The notes: generated from the letters alone by a model not told the origin. Counted from the stretch's first letter, positions 13,301-28,300 are shown. The stretch is DNA of 64,000 nt from Nemertoderma westbladi (GCA_032718475.1 JAUCBJ010000519.1:32556-96555); one strand, 5' to 3'. Numbers and translations are program-made.

Positions 13301-16300
13301 TTTAGGTGGTGTTGTACTCGGTTTCCATAGTAAACTCTCGTTCAGCGAGGCTTTCAGATAGAGTAAGCTGCTTGTCTTTTTGTAACCTTTTGTAACGAAT
13401 AAGTTAAGAGAAGTTATATTGAAATGGGTCAAATAATAAATGGCTCAAAAATCGTCGAAGGGACACATTTTTTGTGAAATTTTGAAGAAATAAAAAAATA
13501 AATCCCAATTATACGACAGAGTATCGCGGTTCAGCTACTATCCGTGAATCTCTTCGACTACATCCCTCCAACTCCTTACCGCTAGATAGGCCTACTATCC
13601 CAATACAGTAGCACTCGAATTAATTCACTCAGAACTCCCCCAAGTTAACTGTAAAATATATATTTACGTTATTATTCGAATTTTCTCATTTATTGTTCTC
13701 CTTCAGTTGTGGTATATATTAACATTAAATATTATTTTAATGTTCAAGAATATTTTGCTATTATAATAAATAAGGTAAAAATGAATAAAAAAAATTTAAA
13801 AATTAAATAAAATTATTTAATTGGAAAGCTATTTTTAACCTTGATCCAACTGTTAGGAGTGTGAAAATTTCACATCATTTTGTTAAAAACTACCTGGTCG
13901 CAAAATATGGAAGAATAGGAATGAAATTCAGATAATCTTGGATATTATTACCAGTATATATCACTATATATACTACCACTATAATATTTATGTGTTCTAT
14001 ATGTTTGGTAATTTCATTCCTAAAAAATCGAGCTCAATTATTCCAAAATTAAATATCTTTTAACTTGAACTTGAAAGCCCAGCATTAAACACTTTGTCCA
14101 CGCATGCAAAGCCCAGATATTATTATTACCAGTAGGTAAGTAAGCAATATTAAATATACGTACAACATCTCCATTAATGCAACAATCATTTTTAACAAGT
14201 CTCTCAGATTCGGAATCTGCAGAATATGATATCTATTTTATATTCAAAGACGAAAAATAAAGCCAACAGAGATGGTTAAATATTGCCAAATAGACGATTT
14301 TTAACGGCTTGTTGTATCGAAATATCGCAGAAATTAAAAAATCCTGCTCAGCCAGCAGTAAGAAAAATTGTCGAACTATCATCATACCAAATTTCGTAAA
14401 AATTAGGTCTCTGCGGGTCGCTCCGACTTGATAAAAATGGTTGAATAGTAAAGAGAGATGGCGGAATGTTTAAAAGGGTAAAATGTACAAAATTCCACAA
14501 CACATTCAGAAATACACAAGTTGACTATAACAAGAAAATTAAACACACCAAAATTTAACTATACTAAAATACATATAGCGGAGGGGGGTGAAACCAGTCG
14601 ACGGGGTACAAGAGTCCGGCGTAACCTCATTATTCCAAAACAATTTTATGCTAAAAGTCGTGATAATTCAAAATTTTTGAAAATATTTTTTTATTTAGTG
14701 AAATATCCTATTGTACAATAACAACTCAATATATTGTGTTAGCGGACATGAGGATTTCATTTCCTCTTAGGGGCTCCGTACATTTGTGACTCAAGATAAC
14801 TAAACTATGAGCGACTCCCTACGGTATATATAACACCCAGACCAAAGGGAAGTATGGTCCCTACCCCCTAGACTACTTACATTATTGCTTCTGTACTGCT
14901 GTTAGTTAAATTACCTTGATTCAATGATGCTTTCTGCTCAGTTGTCAAGGTAACCCCTCGCGACAATAAGAAGTTGTCTATGATCTTATCGACATCGCTG
15001 TTTTCCAAATCGGGAATTTCAATAAAGAAATTTTCTTTTTTTGGATAAAGAGTCTAAAAAATTAATTATTTTAAAACTATATGGTATTAAGAGGCTTTTC
15101 TGAGATTTTGTAAGTAACATATCGGTTTTAATGGTCATTCTATTTCTATACTATTTAACTGTAATTTTAAACGGAACTTAAGCATCTTATGTACATAAAA
15201 ATAAATAAAATGTAAAACTTTAATAACCTGTAGTCGATTCAATATATTCCCTTTGTTTAGACAGCTGACTATTAGTTTAACGCAGGGTGCCAGTTTCCTT
15301 GGTAACCAGTTGAGCTTATGACAATCGTCTATGTCTAGAAGGTCGTCTAGGCCATCGATAAATATAACGAGAGGATAATCCTTGGTAACTAACTAGAACA
15401 GAAATAACGGGATGAGTTACCTTGGTAGCCAACTAGAACAGAAATAACGGGATGAGTTACCTTGGTAACTAACTATAACATAAATAACGGGATGAGTTAG
15501 TTACCTTGGTAACTAACTATAACATAAATAACGGGATGAGTTAGTTACCTTGGTAACCAACTAGAACAGAAATAACGGGATGAGTTAGTTACCTTGGTAA
15601 CTAACTATAACATAAATAACGGGATGAGTTAGTTACCTTGGTAACCAACTAGAACATAAATAACGGGATGAGTTACCTTGGTAACCAACTAGAACATAAA
15701 TAACGGGATGAGTTAGTTACCTTGGTAACCAACTAGAACAGAAATAACGGGATGAGTTACCTTGGTAACCAACTAGAACAGAAATAACGGGATGAGTTAG
15801 TTTAGTGACCTTGGTAACCAACTAGAACAGAAATAACGGGATGAGTTACCTGGGTAACTAACTATAACATAAATAACATGAAGTGTTACTTGGATTTTTC
15901 TGTTACTAAGACCTCCTACCTGCAGTAAATCACTAAGTCTGTTACTAAGACCGCTTGTCTGCTGTAGAGGATGGGGAAGTGTCTGGCTGTAAGCTAAACT
16001 AATTTGATCAGTTATAGTTGCTAGGAGACTGCGAATGCTGACTGACGCGTGAGTCACTCCAACCAACCGAACAATAGTAACACAATTTCGAAAACTGTAA
16101 TAAAATGTAAGAAATACATAGATTGAGATTCATTTATTTCCCTCAGTGTTTGGAATTGTATTACGAAGTCTACATTATATATTTAATTAACCGTCACTCA
16201 CCCCACAACAATTCATTTATTATTGTATTACGAAGGCTCCTCCCTACTGAAGGCAACCCGAAGGCTCATCTCTAACCGGTGCAACCCGAAGGCTCCTCTC

Positions 16301-19300
16301 TACCAGAGGCAACCCGAAGGCTCTCCTCTCTACCAGAGGCAACCCGATGGCTCCTCTCTACAAGAGGCAACCCGAAGGCTCCTCTCTACCGGAGGCAACC
16401 CGAAGGCTCCTCTCTACCGGAGGCAACCCGAAGGCTCCTCTCTACTGAAGGCAACCCGAAGGCTCATCTCTAACCGGTGCAACCCGAAGGCTCCTCTCTA
16501 CCAGAGGCAACCCGAAGGCTCTCCTCTCTACCAGAGGCAACACGATGGCTCCTCTCTACAAGAGGCAACCCGAAGGCTCCTCTCTACCGGAGGCAACCCG
16601 AAGGCTCCTCTCTACCGGAGGCAACCCGAAGGGTCCTCTCTACCGGAGGCAACCCGAAGGCTCCTCTCTACTGAAGGCAACCCGAAGGCTCCTCTCTACA
16701 TTAGGCAACCCGAATGCTCCCCTTCACCAGAGGCAACCCGAAGGCTCCTCTCTACCGGAGGCAACCCGAAGGCCCCTCTCTACCGGAGGAAACCCGAAGG
16801 CTCCCCTTTACCGGAGACAACCCAAAGGCTCCTCTCTACCGGAGACAACCCAAAATTTGACATTAAAACACATTATTAAATCATTACAAATATGGCAACT
16901 CCTATAAATGGTCGAGAAACAATAAACGTGTTGCTAGGTAACCAACCTCTGCATCCACTTTACGGACTCCCGTGCTAAGCGACACATAAATGCCTTACCG
17001 CCGCAGCCCTGGTTGCCATGGAGAACTAGCGGGTAATGTGCTGATTGGTCCCAGAGGTATCGTTTCACTTGGTACTGGATATTCTTCCTCCCGTAATGAT
17101 TCGGAGTTCTAGAAAAAAATATAACATAGTTACTCAATAATTAAATACAGTGCACTAATTGTAATGCACACATCTCCAACCAGACAATATATAAAATTGG
17201 AGGTGTCTCATTGACAATCTGAACAAAGCCGCCCGTTGTGTGAACTGTAGCACTTTTAAGCGTTATGACCCGAGTTTATTTACCGAGCGAGTTATTTACA
17301 TAACTATACATACCATACTGTACATGCCGACATACCCCATACGTAAAAGTTAGAATCTGCGAATTGTTTTTAAAAATTTTCGAAATATTTTTAAGAAATA
17401 ATTTTGTATTGCACTAATTACCCTATACCGCTACCAAGGCTCACCCAAACTTAGTGGCTCGCCCCACACATAAATAACAATAAATATTAATTAATAAATT
17501 TATTTCATAGAGTCGAAGTTGTAATGAGGAAATAATTTAGCAACAAACCAACCAATTAGTTTATGGAAGTTGCAGTTTGCACCACACAGTGATTGATGAG
17601 TCCCATATCCATATAAAATGGCTCGCCCCTAGATAAACCAACGCTAAAAACATTTCCTCAGAGGATATTGATTTATCCAATTAACAGATGGTTTATACAT
17701 ACCATAGCAACGCCGCTGGCAGTAAGAAACAGCACTGCGCGCGTTAACCAATAACAATCAACCCAAGTTAACGGTCAATTAAATACTAAGATATCAAACC
17801 AAGGCGATAAATATATAGTATATTCTTTTATAAAGAATTGATTCCCCACAAATACAAATTATTGTCAAAAGGCTACTTATTTCAGATCTATTGCACTTAT
17901 TCTAAATTTTTTCATAAATATAATATAGAAATAGAAAATATTATCAATATTTATTTAAATATTATATATATAGATCAATATTATTTTAACATAAATTTCA
18001 TTACCAAAAATAATAACATGTAATGATGCAAATTAACTTCTAATTAGGTATGTAGGTTACAAAATATAGCATGTGTATGAAATAATTAGAAAGCAAAAAT
18101 TGTATATACAATGTAAAGTAAACTAAGAATGTATAATGGTTGGATTAATATACGCCTACCGCCTACTTATGAACATAATGTCCCAGAATATAGTGTCGTA
18201 ATTCAGTGACACCCCCCCCCCTAATTTTTCTACAAATCGTAATGAGATTGCATGAAATTTGAAACAGAGATAGTTTCACCTCCCGACCACTGACTTGGTG
18301 AGCCAGAATTTTTATTTTTGCTTTCAATCTTTAGCTACAAGCGTTTAAAAAAAGTGTCTCCAGCGATATTACACCAGTTACACCGCAGATATTCTTCTAC
18401 CTTATAGCAGTTTGTTGGTGGTACCAATGGTAAGCTGACCGTACAAGGATTCCAAATATGTAACACAATTTGAATTTCGTTGAAAAATAGCGAAGATATG
18501 GGCGTTCAAATTTTGCATTGTTTTGCACCTGCGCGGGGCTATTTTATTCTTTTATTTATTTTTTTTTATTCTTTCATTTTATTGGTATATAGAGTTTTTA
18601 ATTCAAAACGCCATCTAGTGGCATTGTAAGGAACATACTAATATTGTGAAGTGGTACATTAGGAAGATGGAAAACAGCGAAATAATATTAAATAAAAAAA
18701 ATATTATAATATTAAATAAAAAAATATTATAATATTAAATAAAAAAATATTATAATATTAAATAAAAAAAATATTATAATATTAAATAAAAAAAATATTA
18801 TAATATTAAATAAAAAAGTATTATAATATTAAATAAAAAAAATATTATAATATTAAATAAAAAAAATATTATAATATTAAATAAAAAAAATATTATAATA
18901 TTAAATAAAAAAAATATTATAATATTAAATAAAAAAAATATTATAATATTAAATAAAAAAAAATATTATAATATTATATAAAAATATTATTTAAGTTTCG
19001 TAGTGCAAACGTTCCAATACAATACCTACTTTGCCAGCTTCAGTAGGTTAAATAACTGCAGCATTGTTTATAATTACATACCGAAATAGACATAGAATTC
19101 TAAATCAACTGTGACAGCAATAAAACAATTTGTGTAACTTTGTAAAACTTGTTAAAACTTTATAAAACAAGATTTTTTTGCTGTTTCCATGGACTACTGT
19201 ACGTTTTCCTTAGTATCAACACTTCCTACAGTAAAATAATGTTTTTTTTCCAATTTCGGAATGCCACATACTGTATGTTGGTACAATTTAAAATAATTTT

Positions 19301-22300
19301 TATGTTTACATAAAATAAAATAAATTTATATTTTAAATGGAGAATATTGGCTACCTCTAACAGCTAAATAAAATAGGATTAAATTATCACTGTGGATTTG
19401 TAAACTTTTCCCATTTTTGTTGTCACGGTAACCAGTATAAATAAACAACATTTTAATGTGCTTTCGTCTGGCACACCGCCAATCGGCATACGGTGGCTAC
19501 CCATTGGCTGAGATCAAGTCGTACAGCCAATACGAGTTAGCGAGTCGACCCAAATGGGACCAAGCTCGTCACCCATTGGCTGATTACTGCGCCAATGGGA
19601 GCGATCGGTCTCCGTGTCGGGTGGAGGAGGGCTGGTGTCGGCGGCACGATAAACGGGCGATTAGAAAACCAACATCGGTGATTCGTAAGAAAGTTAAACT
19701 GCGAGAAATCGTAAATGAGGAGCCGGTACTGAACGGGGGGATATTCGATGAGCCAGTTACCGGTTACAGACAGGAGACTGATGGACTGCAATGTGAACCA
19801 ATTACTGGGGTTACCTATATGGAAGAATTCATTATCCAATCAGATACCCCCAATGGATTATTGCGCTGCTCACCGCCGCCAATAGAAAATTCGCGTAAAA
19901 AAGAAAATGTTAAAGTTTTAGAAGAAAATCAGAACATTGATATTCTAGAACCGTTGTTTGCGGCAACTAATATATATAAACCTATAGAAAATTCGCGTAA
20001 AAAAGAAAATGTTAAAGTTTTAGAAGAAAATCAGAACATTTATATTCTAGAACCGTTGTTTGCGGCAACTAATATATATAAACCTATAGAAAATTTGCGA
20101 TTAAGTAATGGTGAATGTATGAAAAATACAGATACCGTTAGTGATGTGTATCAGAACGTCACTGATACACAAAGGAACGCTACTGATACACAAAGGAACG
20201 CCTCTGATACACAAAGGAACGGTAGTGATACACAAAGGAACGCTACTGATACACAAAGGAACGCTACTGATACACCAAGGAACGCCACTGATACACAAAG
20301 GAACGCCACTGATACACAAAGGAACGCCTCTGATACACCAAGGAACGCCACTGATACAAGAAGGAACGGTAGTGATACACAATGGAACGGTACTGGTACA
20401 CAATGGAACGGTACTAGTACACAAAGGAACGCTACTGGCACACAAAGGAATTTTACTGGTACACAAATGAAGGGTACTGGTACACAATGGAACGGTAGTG
20501 GCACACAATGGAACGGTACTGGTGCACAAAGGAACGGTACTGATGTGTATCAGAATGTTAATGATACCTGGCGGAATGGAATTATTTGTTTCATATTACA
20601 TATGTAGTTGTAGTGCTGCTTCAAACATTGATGTATTTGAATTTTTGTAGATAGGCCTACTGTAGTTTTTTACATGACCCTTCTTACCTTATCTGTAGTA
20701 CTACTGTAGCAATTGTATATATCTTCATAGTATATATATTTTATTGTTATGCTAATGTTGAAATTTCTTTTGTACGGTTATATTTCATTCGCATTAAAAA
20801 AAATAAAAAAGTTTAGAAGAAGAAAATAGCATCTTAGAATGTTAGCAAAAAAGCTGACAGAAATAGTTGAAATCTAGAGAATAACTAGTACCCGGTAATA
20901 TAATAGGTCACGTGTTACTAACTTGATCTTATGATACTACTACTACTACTACAACAATCGGCATGCTGCAATGCAGCAGCATTATATATATTACATATAT
21001 ATTAAGAATGCTGTGACGCGGCTGGTCGACAAAATTGCACCGCCACAACTCCCTATCACCCATGACATTTGCTAGATCTTTCGCATCTTCAAGGCCAGTG
21101 TTCTTTAAGATGCGTCTCAAGAAAGTCATGGGCTGTCCACCATGCTGAACACCTACTGTCCCCCTTTCTTTGATTGATTCGCGGTGTGGTTAAATTTATC
21201 AAATACTGATTTTGTGATACAGTCGCTCAATTTTAATTTGTATCTCATAACTGGGCCTCGTGTTGCGCGAAGGTCCCACGAACGTGTTTTTACCGTAATC
21301 ATCTTAATTAAATAATTAACTGCTCTTATCTTATCAACTTGGAACTTGGAAAATTTATAAACTTTTGCCAAACAACATGTGTACCAAGTTTGGATAGATT
21401 TCATCGAGGATTGGCTGAGTTATTAACGTTTAAAATTGAACACTGCAAAAAAAGCGACAGAACGACAGGTTGATTAATGGTACCCCTACGCTAAGGCTCA
21501 CTCACTTCGTGGCTCGCCCCACAGAACGACAGGTTGATTAATGGTACCCCTACGCTAAGGCTCACTCACTTCGTGGGCGCCCCACATAACGACAGGATGA
21601 TTAATGGTACCCCAACGCTAAGGCTCACTCACTTCGTGGCTCGCCCCACAGAACGACAGGTTGATTAATGGTACCCCTACGCTAAGGCTCACTCACTTCG
21701 TGGGCGCCCCACAGAACGACAGGTTGATTAATGGTACCCCTACGCTAAGGCTCACTCACTTCGTGGCTCGTCCCACAGAACGACAGGTTGATTAATGGTC
21801 CCCCTACGCTAAGGCTCACTCACTTCGTGGCTCGCCCCACAGAAAGACAGGTTGATTAATGATACCCCTACGCTAAGGGTCACTCACTTCGTGGCTCGCC
21901 CCACAGAACGACAGGTTGATTAATGGTACCCCTACGCTAAGGCTCACTCACTTCGTGGCTCGCCCCACAGAACGACAGGTTGATTAATGGTACCCCTACG
22001 CTAAGGTTCACTCACTTCGTGGCTCGCCCCACAGAACGACAGGTTGATTAATGGTACCCCTACGCTAAGGCTCACTCACTTCGTGGCTCGCCCCACAGAA
22101 CGACAGGTTGATTAATGGTACCCCTACGCTAAGGCTCACTCACTTCGTGGCTCGCCCCACAGAACGACAGGTTGATTAATGGTACCCCTACGCTAAGGCT
22201 CACTCACTTCGTGGCTCGCCCCACAGAACGACAGGTTGATTAATGGTACCCCTACGCTAAGGCTCACTAAATTCGTGGCTCGTCCCACAGAACGACAGGT

Positions 22301-25300
22301 TGATTAATGGTACCCCTACGCTAAGGCTCACTCACTTCGTGGCTCGCCCCACAGAACGACAGGTTGATTAATGGTACCTCTACGCTAAGGCTCACTCACT
22401 TCGTGGCTCGCCCCACAGAACGACAGGTTGATTAATGGTACCCCTACGCTAAGGCTCACTCACTTCGTGGCTCGCCCCACAGAACGACAGGTTGATTAAT
22501 GGTACCTCTACGCTAAGGCTCACTCACTTCGTGGCTCGCCCCACATCTATAGGACATAGGCAGGCAGGCACTACTACTACAGTGTAAAGTGACTAATAAG
22601 CCAGCTTGCTTATTATTTATCTCGCAAAATGATTACCTGGAGTATTTAATCATATTCTTTAGAATCATTAGCTAAATAATTTATTTGAGGTGTTGACCTT
22701 ATAAATTAATATTTCAGTATCAATACTATCGGCATAAGGTAAGTTTTAATAATTTTAACAAATTTGGTTGCATTCACATTAAGAGGGCGGTTGAAGCGAG
22801 GGAGGGAACTTTCCTCTCTTCTGTGATTTATTCTTATTGGCGGTTTGGTTAAATTTCTTATTTATTTATTTAAATTTTTTAAGTACCGATTTTGAGATAG
22901 AATTGCTCAATTTTAATCTGTATCTGATAACTGAGCCTCGTTCTGCGCGAAGGGGCTGTGGGGGGGGGGGGGGGGGGGGGATGTGAAGGGACAATGGGCA
23001 GGATACTACTGTTACAATATATACTCCATTTTTTTTTATAATTGTAACCCTATTTTGGAATTCTTGTACGGTAATGGCAATTACCTGATGGAAAAAAAGA
23101 TAAATAAAAAAAACAACACGGAGGGAAACTGCAAGGAAAGCCTCTGTGGATGGAACCTCCCTCCTCCGCTGTGCAATACGCTCTGGACAACCCATTCAAG
23201 TGACCGACCACGAACAGCATCTACGGGAGGGAATCAAGGATCAATCCACGGTGCAGGCTGCCAAATACACAGGAGGCAGCAGTCTCAGCGCTCTCGCCAG
23301 CCCGCAAACAAACTGTCCAGCGTGCTGTATGATGATTCTAATGAATTTCGGGAAAGACTGGCCCTGAGGTATGGTCTCACACCGCCGGGTCTTCCAGCGA
23401 AGTGCGAAGGTTGTGGAGATGCATTTTCCACCTCACATGCTCTAAGCTGCAAGTCTGACGGGTTGATTATTATGCGCCATGATGAGGTGCGGGAGGTCTT
23501 TGGGGACCTCATCGCCGAGGTGGCCGGCAGCTCCAGCGTGGAGCGCGAGGTGACCCTCTCCCGAGGGCACCAGGGCCAGGGGGAGTGCGGGCAGACCTGG
23601 TTGCACGGGGGGTCTGGTGGGTGAACCAACGAGTCGCGTCGTTTGACATAGCCGTTATTAATGCGGACGCAACTTCATACACTCAAACCAACCGTTCGAC
23701 GGAGTCCCTTCCTTGACGCGCGCTGTCGCCTCAAGAAGATCCACTACAGGTATGTCTGTGAGGAGCGGAGGATCAAATTTACACCATTAGTGGGCACCAC
23801 CGATGGCATCTGGTGCACCGAGACCCAGATTCTAATCCGCCATCTCGCAGAAACGCTTGTCACTAAGCGGGATGGCATGAGTGACAGGGGTCTCGCGTAT
23901 TGGGGGTCATTCGGCCTTCGCTCCAGCTCCCTCTGCCTGCGAGGGGGTCGACGACCTTGGCGTGGCCTAGGGTTTGGTGATGGTGCAGGGTTACGGAGCT
24001 ACAATCTGGCCGGGCAATTCTAATGACGTAGTAGATGGCGCCATAACAATGGACGACGAACTCAAATCTAGAGATGCATGACTTCCTGTTATAGATGATA
24101 CTTCCGGCTGAACTCGTACACTAACTATAAATTTAACTGGTTGAATTATTAATGTGCTATTTAATTAAGCAAAGTGTAGTATTTTTTTAATACCATTAAC
24201 AATGCAATGTCGTTGGATTAATAAAAATAATAAAAAAGATAAATTGGAATTTGAAATGAAAATGTGTGGCGTCACATAGAAAGGGTTCAAATACCAAAAA
24301 AATCGATTTTCACTTTTTTAACGATTCTGGTACGAAATTTAACGGAGAATCTGAAACGGAAAACCGCAACTCGACATCTTTTGTCGTTTTCGAAATATTG
24401 GCAAAATAAATACAACTAGTACTTTTCGTCTGAGAAAACCAAAAATGTGTTTAAATTTTAAATTTTTTAAAACGGCTAGTTTGATAGCGCTTTTTTGTGT
24501 ATGTGGGTTTTCGAAGCCGCTGAATCCGATGGTAATATTTTTGAACTGATGCAACCAATGCCTGACTTGTTTTTTTCACTACTAGCACTTTTCATCAAAG
24601 AACCAAATTTTTAAATTTTCTAAAACGGCTAGTTTGATAGCGATTTTTTGTGTATGTGGTTTTTCGAAGCCACTGAATCCAATGGTGACATTTTTGAACA
24701 GATGCAACTATTCCATGGCTTGTTTTTTTTTTCACTACCAGGATGTTTCATATTTTTCAAAATAAAGTAAAATAAACACTAAAACCAGGATACAATATAA
24801 AATTCCATGTTCAAATCAATTCAATGTTAGTAATCAATAACATACCGCAGGGAGACAGGTAGAGAAGCAATAATGTTATGTCGATGTGAACACAGAGTAA
24901 TCCTATGAATTTTAGGCCCTTTGATTGGTTGATTACTACTACTAGTATCGGCATGCTGCCTTGCAGCTGCATTTTTAAGAATGCTGTGCAGGCTTGTCGA
25001 CAAAATTGCGCCGCCACAACTACCTATCACCCATGACATTTGCTAGATCATCCGCATCTTCCAGACCAGTGTCCTTTAAGATGCGTCTCAAGAAAGTCAT
25101 GGGCTGTCCACCATGCTTATTCACTCCATGAGGCTGCCAAAGTACAAGATTATGCACTGGCTGGTCCTCACGGCGAAAGCAATGTCCTGCAAAGCGGAGG
25201 CGATTTTGTTCTAGTGTCAAGCTTGGGGAACCAATGGGACACCTCCAATGTTATATAGTGTCTGGTAGGAGATGTGTGCATTGTACTTGACTCAATGAAC

Positions 25301-28300
25301 CCGGCGTAGCATTCTTGTGAATGTGCCATCCAGAGATTTGGTGTCCTCAGCAGTTAGAGCCCAGCATGGACTCCCATAGAGGAGTACTGGAACTACTGCT
25401 GCTCTAAATAATCGGACCTTAAGTTTCTGATTAATTCTCGGTGACTTCCACCGGGTTGATTACATAAGAATAAGGAAGGCTGTAAGTATTGATTGGCTGT
25501 ATTGTTTAGAAAGGAGCCTGTAAGGGATTTCTATATCATACAAATATTGTATAAAGTACAGTAATGGTACTAGGCAGGAGAAGATATACCCCATGCGGCA
25601 TTGGAGGGTATTTGAACTGATTAAAATCATTTACATGGGATCCTCTTGGTGGTGCTTGAGAGAAGTAGAAGTAGAAAAGAAGTAGTGACGCTGTGATGGG
25701 TTACATGTCACATAATATTGCATGGTAGTTTTATACTTATAATTATTTTATAAATGAAACTTCAATTTTGCATTAATATTGCTCGTCCTGATTAACACGT
25801 GCTGTTTTGATATGTCGTTTTTTGAATTCATCTCAAAAAGTAGAACATTTTTAAAAAAAAATTTTAATTTCGACATCTTTTAAGTGTATTTTTCTGAAAA
25901 AAGGAATTTTCGAAAAAAAAAATTTTGAAACACGTTTTCTGCAAAATCACTTTTCTGAGGATTGAGCCCTTTCTATGTGACGCCACACATATTCAATGTG
26001 ACTTTTGTTACATGATGTCAATTTAAGGGGGGTATCAACCCAGGCGACTGTAAGATTTTCCAATTTTCTGAAAACTTTTGAAATTTTTTTTTTCTTCTAC
26101 TTTTGTGGTTTCATAGAAGGGCTTTTTCATGTGGTGACATCGGTTTCTACCATTGAATAATTTTCCACCACAAAACAGAACTTTTCAACAACATAATTTA
26201 TTGATTATATTCATGACTCTCTTTATAAAACAACCTTTTTCTCAGTTTGCCGATTTTGACTTTTTTCATCACTAAATTCCCTACTACTTTTTTATTTTTC
26301 ATTCAATTTTTATCAAACATATACCAAAATGTTCAGCATCTATAGGGCTACAATCGTGAGTATTGGTTTTGTAAAAAAATGTCCATTTTAATGTTCTATG
26401 ATCCATTATGTAACTGCTTCTCTTTGTCTATCTCAAAATATATGATGCCCGATCGGCCTCACAGGCGTCAGTTATCTCCTGTCTGTCCGGCTGCCTGTCT
26501 CACCCCCTACTGGAGAGAGAGCAGCCAACAATTCTTTGAGTCCCTTTCCTAGTGACCTTTCTGGCCCAAACCCTGGGTCACCAGGGAGGCCAGATTGTGA
26601 GAGGGAGAGGGATTCTGGAGTTGGAGGCTACTCTCATGTTCCACCCCGACCAACAAAGCCATTGGTGATTCTAAGGCAACCAACTGCACATGCAGCATTG
26701 GACAAAATAGACCAAATCTCTAACCGCATCATCCGTTGTCACTTCTCATGTTCTGGAAGACGGGCTAAGAAGTTTCATAAGGTGGTTCTGATTGTGTGCT
26801 ACTGATATTGTGTGCGATTGAGGTGGAAAATTTCTACCATAATCTACAAGCAGCCACTGATGGAGTGGATCAGCATGCATTCTAAACATTCCTGGGAGAC
26901 TTTAATGAAAGTCTGCATCAATCACCTACATCGGCCTGGGTCTATAGCAATAGTGTTGACCGAAATTCCGTCCATCTTCAGGATTTTATCTCTGGAAATG
27001 GATTGTTTTCGGCTGGAACCCAGTTCAAGAAGCGAACTGGAAAGCTATGGACTCATAGTGGACCCAGTGGTCACAAACAATAGACCATATTCTGTTTCGT
27101 AGGAAATACAGGAGCTCTATACAAGACTGTAATGCATTTACACTTCGACCCTTCTCCAGTGATCACCGCGTTACCTTAGACAACTATTTGTTTCAAGGAT
27201 TGAAACTTGCTACACCTCAACTGATGTGCTACATCACATTAGAACCGCGTTTAATGTCACAGTAGAGAAATGCGAACAGATAGCAACTCGGTTTAATTCG
27301 TACAACTCATTCGTTGTAACTTGTCGACAGGAAGCGTCAGATAAGCTACTGAGTGACACAAATCTCCACCTCTGGCCAGAAGGCGTCATTGCTCATTACT
27401 GGTCAGGTCCAAGAAATCCGCGATTTCCTACTGATACATCTATTGGAAAAAAACAACAATCCTGCGTATATTCCTTCTTCGAATATCTCTACAAGTACTA
27501 CTACAAAAGATACCGGTACTGGCGCTCAACTGGGTAGTAATAACCACGACAGATTGGGTTTGGAAGAGGGAACATCCACCTTCTACAGCCTCAGCTGAGA
27601 AGGTTGTATTAGTCACGGATGATGACATCGTCCAAGTGAGCGATCCTCCGCCTGTTAGCCTCAGTTCCAACATCTACAATCATCTTTCTTCGGAATAGTC
27701 TGCGCCGTCTCTAGTAACAATAATCAACATTATGAACACAACGGTAGAAATCGCATCATATAATACAAATTCCATTCGAACAGCTTCTAGTAGATACACC
27801 ATACAAAATTTGCTATCTACGTGTGATGTTCTGTTTCTACAAGAACACATGCTGCCATAACAAGATATTGCATATCTACACTCTATAGACTCAGATTTTT
27901 CAGCTTCTGGAAGCTCTCCAGTGGATCTTAGTAACGGTATTCTACGTGGGCGACCTTTTGGAGGCCTAGCTGTGTTGTGGAGAAAAACTTTAAAAGAGTC
28001 CTTCAGTATACTAGATAAGTCTGACCCCAGGCTAATGATAGCTGAGCTGAAGCTTAACTCGGGGGAATCAGTTATACTGGTAAATGTATATCTGCCGTTT
28101 GAATGCTCTGACAACGCAGATCTTTACATGGAATACTTTGGTAAAATACAATCAATTTCACGTGCGCGAGGTTCGAATCATTTATTATTTCTTGGAGACT
28201 TCAATGCCGATATCTACCGCACCTTCTACTGCCATCTACTGGAGCTATGTCAGGAGGAAGGGCTCTTGATTGTGGTCACTGAGCGTCTGACTAAATCTAC

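Noticed and set aside
16223-16907. 218-aa repeat ORF and possible junction origin of the 28-bp array
   Set aside because: The unit cycles through frames and shares no sequence with the neighbouring exon ends, so it is counted as a non-junction array.
24260-25990. Inverted pair tgtgtggcgtcacatagaaaggg (about 24263) and ccctttctatgtgacgccacaca (about 25967)
   Set aside because: Probably remnants of a DNA transposon around the RTE insertion, but I could not define termini or a TSD.
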